NCBI GenBank assembly: GCA_043816785.1 | Contig: JBDRHP010000011.1 | Coordinates: 1 to 64,000 of the forward strand | DNA: 64,000 nucleotides | Source: Candidatus Margulisiibacteriota bacterium | GTDB lineage: Bacteria > Margulisbacteria > WOR-1 > O2-12-FULL-45-9 | Reading direction: 5' to 3' | In this document: positions 57,698 to 64,000 of the stretch, piece by piece | Layout of the letters: each line of letters starts with the position of its first letter | Numbering within the stretch: the stretch's first letter is position 1 | Translations under genes and position numbers: made by a program | The notes under the pieces: generated by a model | Databases searched by the model: none | What the model was told of the DNA's origin: nothing | What the model saw: the letters and a program-made list of their open reading frames with translations, nothing else

Positions 57698-60196
57698 ATG
57701 GCAATGTTTGAAAGATTTACAGAGCGAGCGGTTAGAGTGATCATGGCGGCGCAGGAAGAATCCCGGCGCCTGGGGTCAGCCTTTGTTGGCGCTGAGCACC
57801 TGCTGTTAGGGATGATGCGCGAAGGCGAGCCAATCGCCATAAAAACGCTCGAACATTTTAAGCTCGATGCCAACACTGTAAAAGAACGCCTGGAAGAAAG
57901 CCTGTCGGGACAAGCCGTCGAGAAAAAAACTGGTCTGGAGGCGCCTTTTAACGCCCAGGTCAAGAAGGTCATTGAACTGGCTTGGGATGAAGCCCGAGCT
58001 CTGGGGCACAGCTATGTGGGGGTTGAACACCTCTTTTTAGGCATTATCAGAGAAGGGTCGGGGGCTACTGGCCAGATCTTGGCCGAGTTTGGCATCACGA
58101 TTGCTTCCGCTAAGAACCGCATTGTGGCGATCCTGGGAGAAGTTTCTTTTCAACAAAGAAAAATGCCCCGGACCAGCCAGACCCCGATCCTGGATTCTTT
58201 TAGCCGTGACTTAACTAGCCAAGCTAGGGAGAAAAAATTAGATCCAGTCATTGGCCGGGCCAAAGAGATCGAGCGAGTGACCCAGATCCTGTCGCGCCGC
58301 AAAAAAAACAACCCAGTCCTGATCGGCGAAGCCGGGGTCGGTAAAACCGCGATTGTTGAGGGGCTGGCTCAGCGGATCGTGACCGCCAACGTGCCGCCGC
58401 CTTTGTTAGGCAAGCGCCTGGTTACCCTGGATTTGGGGTTATTGATCGCTGGGACCCGTTACCGTGGAGAATTTGAGGAGCGAATGAAGAAAGTCATTGA
58501 TGAAGTTACCAAGGCTGAGCAGGTCATTCTTTTTATTGATGAACTGCACACCCTGATCGGCGCGGGCGCGGCCGAGGGCGCGATGGACGCTGCCAATATT
58601 TTAAAGCCGGCCTTGGCCCGAGGCGAGTTACAAGTTATTGGGGCCACCACCATTGATGAGTTCCGCAAAAGGATTGAGTCAGATCCCGCGCTGGAACGCC
58701 GCTTCCAGTCAGTAATGGTTGATGAGCCGTCCGTGCTGGAGACGATTGAGATCCTCAAGGGGCTGCGTGAACGCTACGAAGATTTTCATAGAGTTAAAAT
58801 CACTGATGATGCGCTGGTTTCAGCCGCTCGCTTGTCCGCCCGTTATATTGCTGACCGTCATCTGCCGGACAAAGCCATTGACCTGATCGATGAAGCAGCC
58901 TCTAAGGTCATGCTTAAATCATCGGTGGCTCCCCCTGAGCTGATCGAGATCATGAAAGAGATTGAAAAGGTCAAAACTCAAAAAACAAAGGCAGTTGAAA
59001 ATCAGGAATTTGAATCAGCGGCCCAATTAAGGGACAAGGAAGAAAAATTGCGGCTGGAGTATGAGGGTGCGGCCAAGAAGATGTCGGGCTTGACCAGGGA
59101 GGGATATCCAGAAGTTAATTCTGACGTGATCGCCCAGGTGGTTTCTTCCTGGACCCGCGTCCCCGTGACGCAATTGACCTCAGAGGAAACTGAGCGGTTG
59201 CTCAAGATGGAAGGGGAAATGAAGCAGCATGTAGTTGGCCAGGATGAGGCGGTTTCTGTTATTTCCCGGTCTATTCGCCGGGCCAGGGCCGGACTAAAAG
59301 ATCCCCGCCGACCGATCGGCTCTTTTATTTTTCTGGGGCCATCAGGTGTCGGCAAGACTGAGCTGGCTAAGCGGTTAGCTGAATTTTTATTTGGCGATAT
59401 GGACGCATTAGTGCGGATCGATATGTCTGAGTATCTGGAACAGCATACGATTTCCCGGATGATCGGCTCGCCGCCAGGCTATGTTGGTTTTGGCGAAGGC
59501 GGCCAGTTGACCGAACCTATCCGCCGGCGGCCGCATTCGGTTGTGCTGTTTGATGAGATCGAAAAGGCGCACCCGAATGTGATGAATGTTTTGCTGCAGA
59601 TTTTGGATGAGGGCCACATTACTGATGCGCAAGGCCGTCAGATCGATTTTAAAAATACGGTCATTATAATGACCAGCAATGTTGGCGCAGAATTTATCCG
59701 CAAAGAGACCGCGATGGGGTTTGTCAGCAGCGGTGATGCCCAGGCTACTTATGAAAAGATGAAGGGTACAGTTTTGGAGCAATTGGCAAAAGAATTTCGG
59801 CCTGAATTCCTGAACCGGGTTGATGAAAAAGTGGTGTTTCGTCCGTTGTCCAAGGAAGACCTGGCGGCCATTGTGGATATAATGATCGGTGATATGAACA
59901 AACGCTTGGAAGAAAAAGGCTTGTCCCTAAAAATTACTAAGAAAGTTAAGAGCTTTCTGGTTGAAAAAGGCTACGATCCCAAGCTGGGCGCCCGGCCTCT
60001 GCGGCGATCGATCCAGGAATTTGTGGAAGATCCTCTGTCAGAAGAAGTGCTCAAGGGCAAATTCGGCTACGGCAGTAAGATCAGCCTTACGGTGGAAAAA
60101 GATAAGATTGTTTTTAAGGGGACCAAGGGTAAGCCCATCTTAAAAACCAAGGCCTCATCTCGCGCAGATGAGCCAGCCGAGGTTGGCAAAAGTTAA
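57698..60196 (+). CDS. clpC: ATP-dependent Clp protease ATP-binding subunit ClpC
   Basis: [18 protein letters not shown]-like middle domain, [11 protein letters not shown] loop, GARPLRR. Confidence 0.97.
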   Translation: MAMFERFTERAVRVIMAAQEESRRLGSAFVGAEHLLLGMMREGEPIAIKTLEHFKLDANTVKERLEESLSGQAVEKKTGLEAPFNAQVKKVIELAWDEARALGHSYVGVEHLFLGIIREGSGATGQILAEFGITIASAKNRIVAILGEVSFQQRKMPRTSQTPILDSFSRDLTSQAREKKLDPVIGRAKEIERVTQILSRRKKNNPVLIGEAGVGKTAIVEGLAQRIVTANVPPPLLGKRLVTLDLGLLIAGTRYRGEFEERMKKVIDEVTKAEQVILFIDELHTLIGAGAAEGAMDAANILKPALARGELQVIGATTIDEFRKRIESDPALERRFQSVMVDEPSVLETIEILKGLRERYEDFHRVKITDDALVSAARLSARYIADRHLPDKAIDLIDEAASKVMLKSSVAPPELIEIMKEIEKVKTQKTKAVENQEFESAAQLRDKEEKLRLEYEGAAKKMSGLTREGYPEVNSDVIAQVVSSWTRVPVTQLTSEETERLLKMEGEMKQHVVGQDEAVSVISRSIRRARAGLKDPRRPIGSFIFLGPSGVGKTELAKRLAEFLFGDMDALVRIDMSEYLEQHTISRMIGSPPGYVGFGEGGQLTEPIRRRPHSVVLFDEIEKAHPNVMNVLLQILDEGHITDAQGRQIDFKNTVIIMTSNVGAEFIRKETAMGFVSSGDAQATYEKMKGTVLEQLAKEFRPEFLNRVDEKVVFRPLSKEDLAAIVDIMIGDMNKRLEEKGLSLKITKKVKSFLVEKGYDPKLGARPLRRSIQEFVEDPLSEEVLKGKFGYGSKISLTVEKDKIVFKGTKGKPILKTKASSRADEPAEVGKS

Positions 60197-60202
60197 TCTT
60201 AG

Positions 60203-61555
60203 CTAGGCTTTTAGCGCGTGTACCCAGCCAAAAGGATCTGCGATCCGACCTTCTTGAATCCCAGTCAATTCCAAGTGGAGATCACTAACTATTGGATGGA
60301 TGCGACCATCATTAAAAATGATTTTATTCCCTCTGTCGGTGATCGAGGTGACCGGGGCAATGACTGCAGCTGTCCCAGTGACAAAAACCGCCTCAGCTGA
60401 GGCTAACAATTCTCGACTCAACCTTTGCTTATCATGAACTCTATAACCACGTGCTTTGGCTAACTCGATCACGCTATCCCGAGTTATGCCGGGCAGGATA
60501 GTGCCGGAAAGCGCTGGTGTATAAAGCTCTCCATTCATGACCACAAAAATGTTGGCAGCGCCGGCTTCTTCAAGATAAGTATGTTTTTGCGCATCCAGAT
60601 AAATCAGTTCAGCAAAACCTAAGGCTTTAGCCTCCTGGGCCGGGACCATGCCTGGGGCGTAATTGCCGATCCCCTTTACATTGCCAATGCCGCCGGCTGG
60701 AGCCCGATGGTGCTCATCACTGATCTTAAGGGAGATGCCGGTTAGCCCGCCCTTAAAATACGGACCAACTGGAGTGGCAAAAACAATAAAAGTATTTTCA
60801 GGAGCTGGGGCCACTCCCATGATGCCGCCTGAGCCGATCAACAGCGGTCTAATATATAAGGCGCCTTTGCCATAAGGCGGGATGAATCTTTCATTAGCTA
60901 AAACGACCCGCTCCACAGCGTCAAGGAAAATTTCCTCTTGAACGGGGGTTAGTCCCAGCCTTTTGGCTCCATTTTGCGCGCGGCGGGCATTGTCCAGCGG
61001 CCGGAAAAGAGCAATTCCGCCATTTTCAGTTCGATACGCTTTCATGCCTTCAAATAATCCCTGACCGTAATTAAGAACGCCAGCAGCTGGACTGATCGGG
61101 ATATTGCCAAAAGGGACCAGGGAAGCAGCGGCTGGCCATTGGCCGTTAGCTTTTATTTCTGCAAAAAACATAGCATCAGTTGGGGTTAAACCAAAGGAGA
61201 GATTGTCAAAGTCAATTTTATCAGTGTTGTAATAGCGCGCCCGAGCGATTAATTGGGGAGTCTCGGTTAAGACGTTGTGAGCTCTTTGCAGAACCGGGCC
61301 GTCAACAAAAGCTTGAACAGCGCTGTCCCTTGAGAGCGAGGGAACAAGTCGCGTATCGCTAAGGTCATCCAGCCTTCCCTTAACGATAAAGTCCTGACCG
61401 CCGCGGTTAAAATCGTAATAAACACCCAGCATTCCTTTTCTCCGCAGAGCATGGATTGCCGGATTATCTGGGTTGGGCCCTAAGCCAGCCATCTTTCTGA
61501 AGCCAATAAACCGCGGATGGTGAATTTCAACATTTCTAACTAATAGATTAGCCAT
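60203..61555 (-). CDS. ilvE: Branched-chain amino acid aminotransferase with about 105-aa N-terminal extension
   Basis: LNYGQGLFEGMKAYR, LYIRP, KGIGNY, EAGAAN, ILPGITR, GTAAVI; GGAGG SD. Confidence 0.88.
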   Translation of the reverse strand: MANLLVRNVEIHHPRFIGFRKMAGLGPNPDNPAIHALRRKGMLGVYYDFNRGGQDFIVKGRLDDLSDTRLVPSLSRDSAVQAFVDGPVLQRAHNVLTETPQLIARARYYNTDKIDFDNLSFGLTPTDAMFFAEIKANGQWPAAASLVPFGNIPISPAAGVLNYGQGLFEGMKAYRTENGGIALFRPLDNARRAQNGAKRLGLTPVQEEIFLDAVERVVLANERFIPPYGKGALYIRPLLIGSGGIMGVAPAPENTFIVFATPVGPYFKGGLTGISLKISDEHHRAPAGGIGNVKGIGNYAPGMVPAQEAKALGFAELIYLDAQKHTYLEEAGAANIFVVMNGELYTPALSGTILPGITRDSVIELAKARGYRVHDKQRLSRELLASAEAVFVTGTAAVIAPVTSITDRGNKIIFNDGRIHPIVSDLHLELTGIQEGRIADPFGWVHALKA

Positions 61556-61584
61556 TTTTTCCTCCAATCAGTTTTTACTTAATT

Positions 61585-61611
61585 GTTTCGATGCTTTAGT
61601 TAACAAATTTC
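61585..61611 (-). promoter_or_regulatory. Sigma28-like promoter candidate
   Basis: GAAA-N15-ATCGAAAC. Confidence 0.4.
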
Positions 61612-61703
61612 ACTCTATTTGGCTTTTTTATAGGAAGTTCTATGGACATGGTGACCCCCCTCAGTTTGTTAAGCCCAAGGGAAAATGATAGAATTATTTT
61701 AGG

Positions 61704-62744
61704 ATGTATAAGCCAAACTACCAGTTGACTAATAAGATCGTAAAATTTATCGCGGAAATTTCAGCGGCTAGGGAGGCAATTTTGGATGCCCCAATTTTGC
61801 CTTCCATAGAAAAAGAACTCAAACTCGAAGCCTTGATCAGTAGAACGCATCACTCTACCTCTATTGAGGGGAATCGTTTATCAAAGGAAGAAGTAGCAAT
61901 AATTGTGTCCGGAGGTAAACTGGAGGCCAGGCCAAAGGACAAAAAAGAGGTCTTAAACTATATAGCTGCTTTAAAATTTGTTGATAAATACGGGCCAAGC
62001 ATCAAACAAATGACTCCTGCTGTTGTTTTGAAACTTCACGGTCTGATTACCAAGGGAATATTGTCAGCCAGGCAAAGCGGGAATTTTAGAGATAAAATGG
62101 TTTATGTAATTGATAGTTTTGGTCGCACGGTTTTTACCCCGCCAAAAGACAATGAAGTACCACATCTGGTCAAAGATTTATGTGCATGGTTAAATTCAAA
62201 AGAAGCTATGGGGTTTTATCCTGTATTAACGGCTGGCATTGCGCATTATGAATTTGTTAGAATTCATCCTTTTATAGATGGGAATGGCCGGGTTGGCCGT
62301 GCTTTAGCTACGCTTATTCTTTATAAGCTTAATTTTGATATAAAGGATTTTTTCACTTTGGATGATTATTATAATGAAGACCGGGCCAGTTATTATGCCG
62401 CTTTACAATCTGTTGATCCTGAAAGTATTGATATCACCCAATGGTTAGAATATTTTGTGGAAGGCGTTATGGTTCAGATAAATAGAATCAAAAAAGAGGT
62501 ATATGAGTTAAGCGTTGATAAGCATTTAAAGGAAAAAATTGGCGGACAGAAAAGGTTATCAGGTCGGCAGATAGAGGCTTTTAAGTGCGTTAGGCGCCAT
62601 GGGAAAATTACAGTAGGGGAGCTTGCTGCTCTTACGAAGGTGGTAACAAGGACTGCTTTAAGGGACTTGAATAAAATGCGTGAGATGGGTATTTTAAAAT
62701 TGATTGGGAAAACAGGTAGGTCAGCTTATTATGAATTGGCATAA
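61704..62744 (+). CDS. Fic-family protein (class II) with C-terminal HTH
   Basis: Inhibitory STSIEGN motif; HPFIDGNGRVGR; TALRDL..M...G HTH. Confidence 0.92.
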   Translation: MYKPNYQLTNKIVKFIAEISAAREAILDAPILPSIEKELKLEALISRTHHSTSIEGNRLSKEEVAIIVSGGKLEARPKDKKEVLNYIAALKFVDKYGPSIKQMTPAVVLKLHGLITKGILSARQSGNFRDKMVYVIDSFGRTVFTPPKDNEVPHLVKDLCAWLNSKEAMGFYPVLTAGIAHYEFVRIHPFIDGNGRVGRALATLILYKLNFDIKDFFTLDDYYNEDRASYYAALQSVDPESIDITQWLEYFVEGVMVQINRIKKEVYELSVDKHLKEKIGGQKRLSGRQIEAFKCVRRHGKITVGELAALTKVVTRTALRDLNKMREMGILKLIGKTGRSAYYELA

Positions 62745-62748
62745 AGAT

Positions 62749-62780
62749 TGTCGCGTTTATGTCGCGTTTATGTCGCGTTT
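62749..62780. repeat. 11-bp tandem repeat x3
   Basis: TGTCGCGTTTA TGTCGCGTTTA TGTCGCGTTT. Confidence 0.85.
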
Positions 62781-62807
62781 TGCCGGATTGATAAATGAGG
62801 AATAACA

Positions 62808-64000
62808 ATGCCAAAATCTGAAACCCGCTACGTTTGTCAATCCTGTGGTCAAGACTATCCGCGTTGGGCAGGGCAGTGTGCCTCTTGCAGCGAATGGAAC
62901 ACGCTGGTTGAGGAGCAAGTTGCAAGCTCCAAGCAACAAACCCCAAGCAAATTTCAAATAACAAATTACAAATCACAAGCGCCGACCCCGATAACCGAAG
63001 TTGATTTTACAAAGGAGCAGCGGATGCCGACAGGGATTGTTGAGGTGGATCGGGTTTTGGGTGGCGGGGTGGTTGGGGGTTCAGTTGTTTTAGTTTCTGG
63101 AGAACCGGGGATCGGCAAATCCACCATGATGCTGCAGGCAGCCGAAGCCTTAAGTAAGCAGTCCGTGGTTTTATATGTAAGCGGGGAGGAATCTGCTAAA
63201 CAGATCAGGCTGCGGGCAGAACGACTGGGCACACTTTCTAAGAATCTAATGCTGCTGCCTGAAACCAATATCTTTGCCATCGAAACTGCGATCCAAAATG
63301 TTAAACCTAAATTCGTGGTTGTTGATTCGATCCAGACTATGTTTCGTGAGGACATTACATCGGCGCCTGGCTCAGTTGCACAAGTTAGAGAATGTGCCGG
63401 ATATTTGGTGCGGATCGCTAAGGCAACTGGGATACCGATTTTTATTGTTGGCCATGTAACCAAAGAAGGCAATATCGCCGGCCCAAGACTTTTGGAGCAT
63501 GTAGTTGATACTGTTTTATACTTTGAAGGGGAGAGGCATAAACAATTCCGGATCCTGCGGGCGCATAAGAATCGTTTCGGTTCGACTAACGAGGTTGGGA
63601 TTTTCGAGATGAAGGACAAAGGCTTGGTCGAGGTTGCAAATCCTTCTGAGGTCTTTCTTTCTGAGAGGCCAAAGGATTGCCCTGGGTCGGTAATAACAGC
63701 CGCTTTGGAAGGAACGCGTCCGCTTTTGGTGGAAATCCAAGCTTTAACTGCCTTTACCAAGATGCCGTATCCCGCAAGGAAGACAACTGGCGTTGATTAT
63801 AACCGCACTGCAATCATTATTGCGGTGTTAGAACGGCAATTAGGCTTAAAGTTATCCATGCAAGATATATATGTGAATGCAGCTGGGGGAGTGCGGGTAA
63901 CCGAACCGGCCATGGACCTACCGATAGCTTTAGCAATTGTTTCCAGCTCTAAAAATAAGCCCGTAGATTCTCAAACCGTTGCGATCGGCGAGGTGGGTTT
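62808..64000 (+). CDS. radA: DNA repair protein RadA/Sms (partial, runs off the window)
   Basis: YVCQSCG...WAGQCASC Zn finger, GEPGIGKST, YVSGEES, KNRFG; absent from the ORF track because there is no stop in the window. Confidence 0.97.
   Translation, partial: MPKSETRYVCQSCGQDYPRWAGQCASCSEWNTLVEEQVASSKQQTPSKFQITNYKSQAPTPITEVDFTKEQRMPTGIVEVDRVLGGGVVGGSVVLVSGEPGIGKSTMMLQAAEALSKQSVVLYVSGEESAKQIRLRAERLGTLSKNLMLLPETNIFAIETAIQNVKPKFVVVDSIQTMFREDITSAPGSVAQVRECAGYLVRIAKATGIPIFIVGHVTKEGNIAGPRLLEHVVDTVLYFEGERHKQFRILRAHKNRFGSTNEVGIFEMKDKGLVEVANPSEVFLSERPKDCPGSVITAALEGTRPLLVEIQALTAFTKMPYPARKTTGVDYNRTAIIIAVLERQLGLKLSMQDIYVNAAGGVRVTEPAMDLPIALAIVSSSKNKPVDSQTVAIGEVG

Noticed and set aside
62966..63760. 264-aa minus-strand ORF and other long antisense ORFs (e.g. 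12498-13205, 29089-29727, 44059-44886)
   Set aside because: Shadow frames opposite well-supported genes (radA, mutL, fabK-like, smc) with no motifs of their own.

Overview
A 64-kb, gene-dense bacterial chromosome segment, mostly housekeeping: dxr, thrS-infC-rpmI-rplT, panC, topA, mutL, maf, tRNA-Tyr, a yceD-rpmF-plsX-fab operon, xerC, metK, smc, clpC and radA (runs off the end). SLH-domain and outer-membrane-type proteins together with ClpC suggest an uncultured diderm lineage such as Saganbacteria/Margulisbacteria; this is an inference, not shown. No rRNA, CRISPR array, transposase or reverse transcriptase is visible. Main observations: (1) a gene ending in a diversity-generating-retroelement (DGR)-like variable region, with no template repeat or RT in the window, inside an orphan gene cluster; (2) orphan proteins and metabolic enzymes (aldolase, GlcN6P-deaminase-like, BCAT) with basic N-terminal extensions, several behind a sigma28-like promoter, which may be an exported set; (3) type IX-like secretion parts (SprA-like protein, PorV-like barrel fused to SLH, S8 protease with a sorting-like C-terminal domain); (4) a hinge-less 746-aa SMC; (5) an acyl-CoA dehydrogenase-EtfBA module inside the fatty-acid synthesis operon; (6) many genes with a -10 box 6-9 nt before the ATG and no SD; (7) nested palindromic repeats and two small ORFs missed by the ORF track. 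All calls come from motif recognition by eye; no searches were run.
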